Of a DNA stretch of 64,000 bases, positions 1 to 7,630 are shown one piece after another; positions within the stretch are counted from its first letter, which is position 1; every line of letters starts with the position of its first letter. The translations under genes and the position numbers were made by a program. The DNA comes from Patescibacteria group bacterium. GTDB taxonomy: Bacteria > Patescibacteriota > Minisyncoccia > Phycocordibacterales > Phycocordibacteraceae. The notes under the pieces were generated by a model. That model searched no databases, was not told the origin of the DNA, and worked only from the letters and a program-made list of their open reading frames with translations. The stretch is taken from the NCBI GenBank assembly GCA_040384705.1, contig JAZKIU010000001.1:340026-404025 (forward strand). Direction: 5' to 3'.

Positions 1-282
1 GTAGGACGCATTAGCGGGAAGCGCATCACACTCACGCTCGCTCCTGAGGTGCGCGCGTGGCTCGCCGAAGTCGGGTACAACCCGCAGTACGGCGCGCGTC
101 CGCTCCGCCGTGCCATCCAGGACAAGATACTCACCCCGATAGCGTCGCTTATGGTGGAGCAAGGGGTCATGGAGGGCGGCTCGGTTTCAGTCACCATGAA
201 GAACGGCGCACCGCACTTCGAGGTGCATAAGACGGCGCGCAGGGCGGCAAAGTCCAAGGCGAAAGCGGCGGTTGCCTCATAA
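1..282 (+). CDS. C-terminal fragment of a Clp/Hsp100 AAA+ chaperone (ClpB/ClpC-like); 5' end lies outside the window
   Basis: Translation ...GYNPQYGARPLRRAIQDKILTPIASLMVEQG... matches the conserved C-terminal D2-small domain signature (GYDPxYGARPLKRxIQ) of ClpA/B/C family; frame is open to position 1. Confidence 0.6.
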   Translation, partial: VGRISGKRITLTLAPEVRAWLAEVGYNPQYGARPLRRAIQDKILTPIASLMVEQGVMEGGSVSVTMKNGAPHFEVHKTARRAAKSKAKAAVAS

Positions 283-310
283 CCTGGGCCCTGGTATAGT
301 CCACCTACAT

Positions 311-466
311 ATGTCACAGGATCGCCTCATAAAGCTTCGCTCCACCAAGTCGGACCACGTCTATTGGTCGCGCAAGAACAAGAAGAAAGTCGAGCGTAAG
401 ATCGAGCTCAAGAAGTTCGACCCCACGCTCCGTGAACACGTTATCTATAAGGAAGCGAAGAAATAA
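311..466 (+). CDS. rpmG: 50S ribosomal protein L33 (cysteine-less, zinc-independent form)
   Basis: 51 aa MSQDRLIKLRSTKSDHVYWSRKNKKKVERKIELKKFDPTLREHVIYKEAKK; length and the ...RLELKKFDPxxRKHVxxKE(T/A)K tail are the L33 family signature; no CxxC pairs. Confidence 0.65.
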   Translation: MSQDRLIKLRSTKSDHVYWSRKNKKKVERKIELKKFDPTLREHVIYKEAKK

Positions 467-494
467 AGGAACAACCGCCCTCTGGGCGGATTTC
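465..494 (+). terminator. Rho-independent terminator after rpmG
   Basis: Hairpin ccgccc-tct-gggcgg followed by tttcttttgtttt. Confidence 0.55.
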
Positions 495-585
495 TTTTGT
501 TTTCCAGAAAGTGTGTTATGGTGCTTTGGGGCCGGCGTTTTAGCGCCGGTAGCCTATTGTCCCAACACAAAAGGAGTTCACCCTG

Positions 586-1254
586 ATGATACGTAAGGCT
601 TTGCTCGGCTGCGTGGCCGTAGCCGCTGTGTCGCTCGCTCTTCCCGTCCAGGCCGCCACCAACTTGGTCCTGAACGGGGACTTCGAGCTCGGCAACACCG
701 CCTTCAGCAGCGATTACGCCTACTCCGTCGACACCACGCCGCCGGCCGTCTACGACGTCGACGACGACCCGAATGACGGGCATCCGGCGTTCACCAGCTT
801 CGGCGACCACACGTCCGGGGCTGGCAAGATGATGATCGTCAACGGCTCGGAAGTGCCGGGTCAGCGGGTCTGGTACCAGAACAACGTCAGCGTCACGGCC
901 AACACAACCTATTTCTTCTGGGCCTGGATCGCCTCGGCGCACCCGACCAGCCCCGCCCAGTTGAAGTTCAGCATCAACGGCACCGAGATCGGCTCCACCT
1001 TCATGGCGCCGGCCACGACCGGCAACTGGCAGAAGTTCTATACCCCCTGGAATTCGGGAGCGAACACCACGGCCGACATCGCCCTGGTGAACCAGAACAC
1101 CGACTTCAGCGGCAACGACTTCGCGCTCGATGATCTGGGCCTCTCGACCTCGGTCCCGGAACCCGCCACGTGGGCGATGATGATCATCGGCTTCGGCGGC
1201 GTGGGCTCGGTGCTGCGGCGCCAGCGCCGCAGCCACCTGCTCCAGGTCGCCTAA
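586..1254 (+). CDS. Secreted surface protein with PEP-CTERM-type C-terminal sorting signal (PEPxxWA variant); N-terminal NGDFE carbohydrate-binding-like module
   Basis: Signal peptide MIRKALLGCVAVAAVSLALPVQA; C-terminus VPEPATWAMMIIGFGGVGSVLRRQRR (PEP motif + TM helix + Arg cluster); strong RBS aaaggag 8 nt upstream; extended -10 TGtTATGGT upstream. Confidence 0.75.
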   Translation: MIRKALLGCVAVAAVSLALPVQAATNLVLNGDFELGNTAFSSDYAYSVDTTPPAVYDVDDDPNDGHPAFTSFGDHTSGAGKMMIVNGSEVPGQRVWYQNNVSVTANTTYFFWAWIASAHPTSPAQLKFSINGTEIGSTFMAPATTGNWQKFYTPWNSGANTTADIALVNQNTDFSGNDFALDDLGLSTSVPEPATWAMMIIGFGGVGSVLRRQRRSHLLQVA

Positions 1255-1280
1255 CGACCTGGCCAACCCAAAAATCTATC

Positions 1281-1312
1281 GGCCCCGGCGGAAACGCTGG
1301 GGCCTTTCTCTG
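1281..1312 (+). terminator. Rho-independent terminator (GAAA tetraloop hairpin)
   Basis: ggccccggcg-gaaa-cgctggggcc then tttctctg. Confidence 0.55.
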
Positions 1313-1455
1313 TCCCGACTCGCACAAGAAATGATTAGAATCTTCACACATTTATCATAAAGTCGTGTTATAGTGCGGCGGGGCTGTCGCATCCACTCTA
1401 TGGCTAGGCGCCGGCAACCTGTTTTTTCATCAATCCAAAGCAAGTGAGGTAAGTA

Positions 1456-2151
1456 ATGACACGCAAGTGGTCATTTGGATGCGTTCTCGCGGCGGCTGTC
1501 ATGGCTGCGGCCAGCTCGCTTCCTGTCGGTGCGGCCAACGCTGCGATCTACGTCAGTGCGACGTCGGGACCCCAAGCGGCTGTGCCGGCTGGGGGCATCC
1601 TCGTCAATTTCGACGACCCGCTTCCCTGGGGTGTCACCCTCAGCGGCAGCTACAGCATCGCTTCGGGCTCCGTCCACAACGTCAACGCCGAGCCCTGGCT
1701 CGACAAGACGAAGTATCTCTTCGCGCCGACGGCCGGGGACTCCTCGGGCAATGCGACCATCATGTTCGCCGACGCGCTGGGCTACAACGGCCTGGACAGC
1801 CTGACCTTCTACTGGGGTTCGGTCGATCAGTACAATACGCTCACGTTCTTGGACCGCCTCGGCGCCCCGATCGCTTCCATCACCGGCGCGGTCTTCCCGC
1901 CGGCGAACGGGACGCAGACCGGAGGGGCCACGAACATCAACTTCACGGCAACCTTCACCAACGAGAGCCGGGGCCTGATCGGCGGCGTGAACTTCGGTTC
2001 TGCTCGTCCCGCGTACGAGCTCGACGACTTCCACCTGGCGACCGGCTCCGTCCCCGAGCCCACCACCTGGGCGATGATGATCATCGGCTTCGGCGGCGCG
2101 GGCGCGATGCTCCGGCGCCAGCGTCGGCGCAATCTGCTTCAGGTCGCCTAG
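1456..2151 (+). CDS. Second PEP-CTERM-type (PEPxxWA) surface protein, unrelated N-terminal domain
   Basis: Signal peptide MTRKWSFGCVLAAAVMAAASSLPVGAANA; C-terminus VPEPTTWAMMIIGFGGAGAMLRRQRRRNLLQVA nearly identical to the first gene at protein and DNA level; extended -10 TGtTATAGT upstream. Confidence 0.75.
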   Translation: MTRKWSFGCVLAAAVMAAASSLPVGAANAAIYVSATSGPQAAVPAGGILVNFDDPLPWGVTLSGSYSIASGSVHNVNAEPWLDKTKYLFAPTAGDSSGNATIMFADALGYNGLDSLTFYWGSVDQYNTLTFLDRLGAPIASITGAVFPPANGTQTGGATNINFTATFTNESRGLIGGVNFGSARPAYELDDFHLATGSVPEPTTWAMMIIGFGGAGAMLRRQRRRNLLQVA

Positions 2152-2173
2152 CGGCCTGAACAAACGACCTCTT

Positions 2174-2206
2174 GGGCTCCGGCGGAAACGCCGGGGCCTT
2201 TTCTAT
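2174..2206 (+). terminator. Rho-independent terminator (same hairpin family as 1281-1312)
   Basis: gggctccggcg-gaaa-cgccggggcc then ttttct. Confidence 0.55.
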
Positions 2207-2212
2207 ACTTTT

Positions 2213-2244
2213 AGCGGGCCCACTGGGACCTTATTCGAACAGAA
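2213..2244 (+). repeat. 32 nt direct repeat copy 1 (tRNA-Trp 3'-end-like, att-like)
   Basis: agcgggcccactgggaccttattcgaacagaa; the preceding 5 nt plus first 10 nt (cttttagcgggccca, 2208-2222) are identical to 3951-3965, which is the 3' end of tRNA-Trp plus its 3' flank. Confidence 0.7.
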
Positions 2245-2317
2245 CTTTTTAGAAATATATAAAGAAAACCGCCCACCAAGTGCGACCCCGATGGGCAGCT
2301 TTCTTAGTGGGCGGGTG

Positions 2318-2863
2318 TTAGACCGCGCCGGGGTGTTCCCAGTCGAAGAAGACGCGCTTTTCGCGGTCGGTCACATTGCTGTCCAGTTCCCCGACATCTT
2401 TGCCAGGATAGATGGAGTGAACGACAGCGACAGCCTCGCCACCTTCAGACTTGAGCTCGAAGACAAGAGTGAGTTCATTCGTCTTCGGCACGAGCAGGTC
2501 GGTACGACCGGGCTTCACGCGAAGTCCCCAGCTCCTGCGGTTCAGATGGAACTCTTCGAGATCATCATTCGCGTAGTTCTGGAGCGCGCCGGTGCTCTCC
2601 CAGCCGACAGGCATCGAGTGAACGATGCTGACACTGCTGGTGCCGAACTCCTGCTTCGACCACAGCTCATCGAGCTCGGTCAGGAAGTGCTCCACCACCT
2701 CGCAGTCACTGAACAGCTGGTCGGCCGAGCACCACCGCAGGAAGTTCCCCGCGAGTGGCAGGGCGGTGCCGCGAAAGCATTTGGTCCACAACCGCTCTTC
2801 AGTGGTGCGCCGAACGACAATAGCGACACGAATACCGCTATTCAAGGTCTTGTAAATGAACAT
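2318..2863 (-). CDS. Hypothetical protein (181 aa), cargo of the first repeat-bounded cassette
   Basis: Clean ORF with non-shadow amino-acid composition, bounded by the two 32 nt repeats; a hairpin with T-run on the minus strand (2262-2300) downstream; AT-rich cassette ends. Confidence 0.5.
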   Translation of the reverse strand: MFIYKTLNSGIRVAIVVRRTTEERLWTKCFRGTALPLAGNFLRWCSADQLFSDCEVVEHFLTELDELWSKQEFGTSSVSIVHSMPVGWESTGALQNYANDDLEEFHLNRRSWGLRVKPGRTDLLVPKTNELTLVFELKSEGGEAVAVVHSIYPGKDVGELDSNVTDREKRVFFDWEHPGAV

Positions 2864-2970
2864 TTTTCCTCCTGCCAGGCTTCCTGGTTCAGGTCCGTGT
2901 ATGGCACGGATACCACATCAGAACGGGGTGTTCGGATGAATGTAAAATACTATCTAAATATAAAAAGTCA

Positions 2971-3002
2971 AGCGGGCCCACTGGAACCTTATTCGAACAG
3001 AA
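2971..3002 (+). repeat. 32 nt direct repeat copy 2 (1 mismatch to copy 1)
   Basis: agcgggcccactggaaccttattcgaacagaa. Confidence 0.7.
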
Positions 3003-3093
3003 TTGCTAAACAAGGGCGCAAGCGTATAGTCATGGCGGGATCCTGTCCCTTGCATAGGCGCTCCGATAAGCGGGGCTTAGAAGGAATATCCAA

Positions 3094-3906
3094 ATGACCG
3101 AATCGGTTTACGGGATTACCATCCCCACTGATTTAGAGTGGAATATCCCGTTCCAAAGCTGGATTGATCGGTGGAACTCGGTACAGGACGTACCGACGGC
3201 TATCGGGCTACTGCATAGTATCTATGAGGCGAACAAGGATGAGGAAAGGTCCGGGCGTAAATATGATGACCATCGCGCACTTTTTCTCCTCAAGCTGGCT
3301 GATGGCCATCGGAGGAACAGTCGCTCGGGTCTCGCGACCAAAGCATTCAATGTTCTCGGGCATTACCTATTCCGAAACGCGCACCGCCCTCGCCTCCATG
3401 ATCTTTCGGCGGAGATGAAGCGCGCGCTCCTCGCTTTCTTCGCAGGCGGGGACAGGGATGCTCTTTATGGGAACGTCCGTTGGAACGATGCTGGCACGAC
3501 ACAGTCCGAGCAGGTGACTCACGCGGACCGGCTGGCATCCGCATTTATGCGCGAGCTCTGCGATGTTGTGTGGTGCTCGGGAAGCGATGAGGAGCGGGTG
3601 CAGCTCATCGATATCTTGCATGAACAGGACGCGCTCAGAACGATAATCCCTCGGAACTACTACACTGGCTGGGATAGGTTCACGGAACCGGTCATGCAGA
3701 AGCTCGAGGAAGTCGTGAGGTCGACGGGTGATGCTAGGCTCGGGACCGATACTCCGACGCCGGAGGAGCTCATTTATAACGGCTCTGAGGCGGCCCAGGT
3801 TCTGCTTGTGAGCCGTGCTGGCAGTGAGGGCAAGGCTCGGGTCGAGCGTCGCAAGGCGCTCAAGGAGCAGATGCAACAAAATGCTTCAGAACTGGCGCAG
3901 CTCTGA
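3094..3906 (+). CDS. Hypothetical protein (270 aa), cargo of the second cassette, between repeat copy 2 and tRNA-Trp
   Basis: ORF MTESVYGITIPTDLEWNIPFQSW...; no recognisable motif; followed by terminator hairpin. Confidence 0.5.
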   Translation: MTESVYGITIPTDLEWNIPFQSWIDRWNSVQDVPTAIGLLHSIYEANKDEERSGRKYDDHRALFLLKLADGHRRNSRSGLATKAFNVLGHYLFRNAHRPRLHDLSAEMKRALLAFFAGGDRDALYGNVRWNDAGTTQSEQVTHADRLASAFMRELCDVVWCSGSDEERVQLIDILHEQDALRTIIPRNYYTGWDRFTEPVMQKLEEVVRSTGDARLGTDTPTPEELIYNGSEAAQVLLVSRAGSEGKARVERRKALKEQMQQNASELAQL

Positions 3907-3926
3907 GTACTCAGCGTCCATACCGA

Positions 3927-3955
3927 CCCCGGAGAAATCCGGGGTCACTTCTTTT
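3927..3955 (+). terminator. Terminator hairpin for the 3094-3906 gene, abutting the tRNA 3' end
   Basis: ccccgg-agaaat-ccgggg then tcacttctttt. Confidence 0.45.
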
Positions 3956-3957
3956 AG

Positions 3958-4028
3958 CGGGCCCAGTAGGAATCGAACCTACGCCATCGGATTTGGAGGC
4001 CGAAGTTCTACCATTAAACTATAGGCCC
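3958..4028 (-). tRNA. tRNA-Trp (anticodon CCA), no encoded CCA tail
   Basis: Reverse complement GGGCCTATAGTTTAATGGTAGAACTTCGGCCTCCAAATCCGATGGCGTAGGTTCGATTCCTACTGGGCCCG: 7 bp acceptor (one G-U), D arm GTTT/GAAC, anticodon loop CTCCAAA, T arm GTAGG-TTCGATT-CCTAC. Confidence 0.8.
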
Positions 4029-4153
4029 TAAGCGAGATCACGCAGCGTAGCCTTGTGCGCCAAGAAATTCTCGGCTCTCGTCCTGTCAGATTAGCAGAAA
4101 CCATCTTGTGGGCAAAGGAGCCGCGCCCTGCGCTTTGCGGGTACAATAGCTCT

Positions 4154-5233
4154 ATGCACCCGTTCCGGGCCTTTCTCCTCATTGCGCTCGCGTTCTGCGT
4201 ATTCATGCCGCAGCCGCTTATCGCTGCCGAGCTGCCGCTCCTCGATCCGGGTTGGTCCATCGTCCCAGACCCGAGCGAGCTCGATTCCTCCTGCAGGCCA
4301 ACCGACCCGCTCGGTATGGGCGGAATACTCGTGCTCGTGCAGAACCTCATGAATGCCGCCGTCTCGCTTACGGTCATCGTGATGGTGATCGTCATCGCGT
4401 ACGCAGGATTCCTCTTTCTCACCTCGCCCTTCAATAGCGAGAACCGCAGCAAGGCGAAGAGCACGCTCGCCGGCACCTTCATGGGCGTCATCATCGTGCT
4501 CGCTGGGTGGCTCCTCGTCGACTTCGTCATGAAAGTCGTCTATGACCCCGATGCGGTCTTCGCCGGCAAGCAGATAGGTCCTTGGAGTCAGATAATCACA
4601 GGGGGCGATGCCTGCATCAAGGCCCGCGACACAAAGCCACTCTTCGGTAGCCTTCCCTTCTCGCCAGGAGGAGGACCGAGCGTGAATGCGGAGCTCGGTG
4701 CCGGCGGCGGATACGCAGGTCCCGGCCAACCCGCATCGCTCGGTACCGCTGACTGCTCGCCGAGCCGCATTGCGACTGCAGCAGCCGCCGGCGGGTACCG
4801 GCTCACGGACGCGCAGGCGAATACGTTCTCGTGCCTCGCTAAGTCGGAGAGCTCGTGCGGACAGAATATCAGCGGTGCTAAGACGAAAGACGGAAAGAGC
4901 ACGACGGCACACGGCATGTTCCAGGTGGTGATGGGATACGATGATCAGTGCCATAATCTCAATATTCCTGTGTGCAGTGCAGCTGCGAAGAGGGCGGGGT
5001 GGACGGGGTCCGGCAACCTGAATTGCTCCACGGCGTTCAGCGGTGGAAAGCCGAAGAAAGGGATGGAAGCGCTTGCGAACGTATGCAAGGCGGCCTCCGC
5101 GAGCATCGATTGCAATGCATCGGCTGCTGCTTGCTTGGTTAAAGAGAGTCCAAGCTTCCGTGATTGGACGGGCACCGGTGACGGGCACACCCATGCCGCG
5201 CAGAAAGCCTGCGTCGCGAAGTATGCTAAGTAA
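4154..5233 (+). CDS. TrbC/VirB2-like pilin domain fused to a lytic-transglycosylase-like (SLT/lysozyme-like) C-terminal domain
   Basis: Signal peptide MHPFRAFLLIALAFCVFMPQPLIAAE; two TM helices flanking SPFNSENRSKAKSTL (pilin-like SxxNPExxxxAK core); C-terminal LAKSESSCGQNISGAKTKDGKSTTAHGMFQVVMGY fits the SLT motif ES...GA...G(L/M)(M/F)Q; Cys-rich tail; -10 TACAAT 8 nt before the ATG. Confidence 0.55.
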   Translation: MHPFRAFLLIALAFCVFMPQPLIAAELPLLDPGWSIVPDPSELDSSCRPTDPLGMGGILVLVQNLMNAAVSLTVIVMVIVIAYAGFLFLTSPFNSENRSKAKSTLAGTFMGVIIVLAGWLLVDFVMKVVYDPDAVFAGKQIGPWSQIITGGDACIKARDTKPLFGSLPFSPGGGPSVNAELGAGGGYAGPGQPASLGTADCSPSRIATAAAAGGYRLTDAQANTFSCLAKSESSCGQNISGAKTKDGKSTTAHGMFQVVMGYDDQCHNLNIPVCSAAAKRAGWTGSGNLNCSTAFSGGKPKKGMEALANVCKAASASIDCNASAAACLVKESPSFRDWTGTGDGHTHAAQKACVAKYAK

Positions 5234-5242
5234 CATGCACCT

Positions 5243-5812
5243 ATGAACAAGAAACTCCTGATACTCATCGCGTCCATCGTCCTCCTTGCGCTCGCTGCGG
5301 TAGCATTCCTGCTGCTCCGTACACCTAGCACGGGCGAACCAGAGCAGCCTGATGGCGGCACGTTGTTCCCGGGTGGTGGGAATATCCTTCCGGGCACGCC
5401 GGTAACCGGCAGGATGATGATCTACGGACGCGGCGATACCGAGTTCGAGGTCAATGATTTCATGCACGACCAGGTCACCGTCGCCGATGTCGTGAACCCT
5501 GGCAATTATGTGCTCGCGGGCGAGCTCGGGTATTGCCTTGCGGACGGCACCTGCCCGAGGGGGGCGGATACTCCCACGTTCTCCATCTCCTTCAATGACG
5601 AAGACGATACATTTAACATCGTGCTGCTTGCCGAGCCACTCGGAGAGGTACGCCGCGCGGCAGAGACCCATCTCCAGAGCCGTCTCGGCCTCTCCAACGA
5701 GGTGATGTGCGAGCTTAACTACTACGTCGGGACCCCATCGTTCGTGAACGCTTCGTACAGCAACGGGAACATGGGATTCAGCTATTGCTCGGGCGCGGTT
5801 AAGCTCCCCTAA
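5243..5812 (+). CDS. Small N-terminally membrane-anchored hypothetical protein between the two pilin-fusion genes
   Basis: MNKKLLILIASIVLLALAAVAFLLL TM anchor; 10 nt from the upstream gene and 4 nt from the downstream gene, so likely co-transcribed. Confidence 0.5.
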   Translation: MNKKLLILIASIVLLALAAVAFLLLRTPSTGEPEQPDGGTLFPGGGNILPGTPVTGRMMIYGRGDTEFEVNDFMHDQVTVADVVNPGNYVLAGELGYCLADGTCPRGADTPTFSISFNDEDDTFNIVLLAEPLGEVRRAAETHLQSRLGLSNEVMCELNYYVGTPSFVNASYSNGNMGFSYCSGAVKLP

Positions 5813-5816
5813 TCAT

Positions 5817-6749
5817 ATGAAGGGCACTCTCATCGCAATAGTCATCTTTCTCGGCGTGTTCCTCATCGCCTCGCCCGCGGCGTACGCAGCGGAATCGACG
5901 TTCTTCGGTCCCATCGTCCCAACCGAATGCCAGAGCTGTCCCTGCGGATATGCTGGGGTGCTTGAGATAATCCGGCACCTCATGAACTTCGCGGTGTCGT
6001 TCGGCGTCATCGTCGTGACCATCATGCTCGCATGGGGCGGCTTCATGTATATCGTTTCGGTCGCGAATCCCGAGAATCGGCGTCAGGCGAATAGCCTCAT
6101 CAGCGGTGCTGTCATCGGGCTCTTCCTGGTGCTCGGCTCGTGGCTCATCATCGATTTCATAATGCGTGCGGCATATAGTGGGCCGGACGGTACGGAAGGG
6201 AAGTTCGGTCCCTGGAACAGCATCCTCGCCGAGAGTGCGGACTTCTGCATCGTTGCGAAGCAGACGAAGCCGCTATTCAGCGACCTGGACTTCAGCGGCC
6301 CGAGTACGAATCCGACGGATGCCGATCCGAACACGAATCCGGTCGATCCGAGTATGCCAGTTGATCCGAAGGCGGATGGCAAGTTCTCGTACCAGGGAGG
6401 CATAAGCGCGCAGGCTGGACACGCAGCACCGGTGCTCAATTCGCTCCTCTCCTGCATGGCTGCTCGCGTCCCTGCGAACGTCGGCCAGATATCATCTATC
6501 TCCGATAGCCGGATCGTGAACGGCGATAAGACATTCGTGCAGTGCAATCAAGGCGGTTGCGCCCATTCCGCGGGCTCATGCCACTACGGAGGCAATCAAT
6601 GTACCGGCAAATCCTACGCCGTCGACTTCGGTGATGAGGTGAACAAAGTCGTGCTCATGAAAGCGGCGCGTGCGTGCGGCGCGAACTTCGTGAAAGACGA
6701 AGGCGATCACGTCCACGTGAGCGTGGGAGCGAGCTGCGGCTGCAACTAA
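5817..6749 (+). CDS. Second TrbC/VirB2-like pilin domain fused to a Cys/His-rich C-terminal domain (possibly LAS/M15-like metallopeptidase)
   Basis: Signal peptide plus two TM helices around VSVANPENRRQANSLI; Pro/Asp-rich linker; C-terminal CAHSAGSCHYGG...AVDFGDE...GDHVHVSV with His/Asp spacing reminiscent of Zn-dependent cell-wall peptidases; the peptidase call is weak. Confidence 0.5.
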   Translation: MKGTLIAIVIFLGVFLIASPAAYAAESTFFGPIVPTECQSCPCGYAGVLEIIRHLMNFAVSFGVIVVTIMLAWGGFMYIVSVANPENRRQANSLISGAVIGLFLVLGSWLIIDFIMRAAYSGPDGTEGKFGPWNSILAESADFCIVAKQTKPLFSDLDFSGPSTNPTDADPNTNPVDPSMPVDPKADGKFSYQGGISAQAGHAAPVLNSLLSCMAARVPANVGQISSISDSRIVNGDKTFVQCNQGGCAHSAGSCHYGGNQCTGKSYAVDFGDEVNKVVLMKAARACGANFVKDEGDHVHVSVGASCGCN

Positions 6750-7579
6750 GAAGCTTTCGTCAGCTTACGTAGCCATGCCTTCTGATGGCGCGCATAGTGC
6801 CAGAGCTTTGCGGATAGGGCAGGGAGGAGCGATTCCTGGTCGCGCTCACCGCGTAGGAACTCACCAACCATTCTATACTCGAGCCCTAGCTCATTGAGCC
6901 GGTCATCTCCCACGTATGCCCGCACTCGCTCCACCTCTTCGATGAGGCCGTTCTCGAATGCTTTCTCGAGTCTGCTATCTATTCGTGCCCTGAGCTCATC
7001 GCGCTCAATATCGAGAACAATCCATTCAACCCGATAGCGGGGGATTGCGTCGTCACGAACAGGCACCTGCCCATGCTCCGCGATTATCTCAAGCGCACGC
7101 ACGAGCCTCCGCTTGTTATTCGGATCTATCTTCGAGGCTCTCCTCGGATCGAGTTCGCGTATCTCGCTCATGAGGCTCTCCGCGCTCCTTGCTTCAAGCT
7201 CCGTGCGAAGCAGGGGATCAGGCGTCGTTCCTATGGGCAGTCCGTACAAGAGCGCGTCGAAATAGAAGTGGGTGCCGCCTGCGAGGATAGGTTCTTTACC
7301 GCGCGCTCGGATAGACGAGATGAGGGAAGTCGCGTCTTTCATGAAGTCGCCAGCGCTATAGGCATCCTTGGGATCTCTGATATCGATGAGGTGGTGGGGA
7401 ATGCCCTCCATCTCCTCTGGGCTTGTCTTCTCCGTACCGATATCGAGCATGCGATAGACCTGCCGGGAATCGACCGATATGACTTCCCCACCGCATTCCT
7501 TCGCGAGCGCTACCGCACGCGCAGATTTGCCCGACGCCGTCGGGCCCACAACGCACTTCAGGGGCAATTCATCATTCAT
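6746..7579 (-). CDS. miaA: tRNA dimethylallyltransferase
   Basis: VVGPTASGKSARAVALAKECGGEVISVDSRQVYRMLDIGTEK... P-loop and DSRQVYRxxDIGT motif. Confidence 0.85.
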   Translation of the reverse strand: MNDELPLKCVVGPTASGKSARAVALAKECGGEVISVDSRQVYRMLDIGTEKTSPEEMEGIPHHLIDIRDPKDAYSAGDFMKDATSLISSIRARGKEPILAGGTHFYFDALLYGLPIGTTPDPLLRTELEARSAESLMSEIRELDPRRASKIDPNNKRRLVRALEIIAEHGQVPVRDDAIPRYRVEWIVLDIERDELRARIDSRLEKAFENGLIEEVERVRAYVGDDRLNELGLEYRMVGEFLRGERDQESLLPALSAKLWHYARHQKAWLRKLTKAS

Positions 7580-7630
7580 GGGTAAGGATTGGTCAAAATG
7601 CTATCATGGTCAGGCTAATCGAGAATACCT

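Noticed and set aside
445-2163. Long minus-strand ORFs (273 aa at 445-1266, 230 aa at 1471-2163) and a second + frame ORF (1467-2159) overlapping the PEP-CTERM genes
   Set aside because: Their composition (Arg/Gly/Pro/Asp runs) and complete overlap with genes that have signal peptides, RBS and terminators mark them as GC-rich shadow frames.
4091-5671. 526 aa minus-strand ORF covering the pilin-fusion genes
   Set aside because: It is antisense to two ORFs with signal peptides and conserved pilin and SLT motifs. It has Arg-rich shadow composition.
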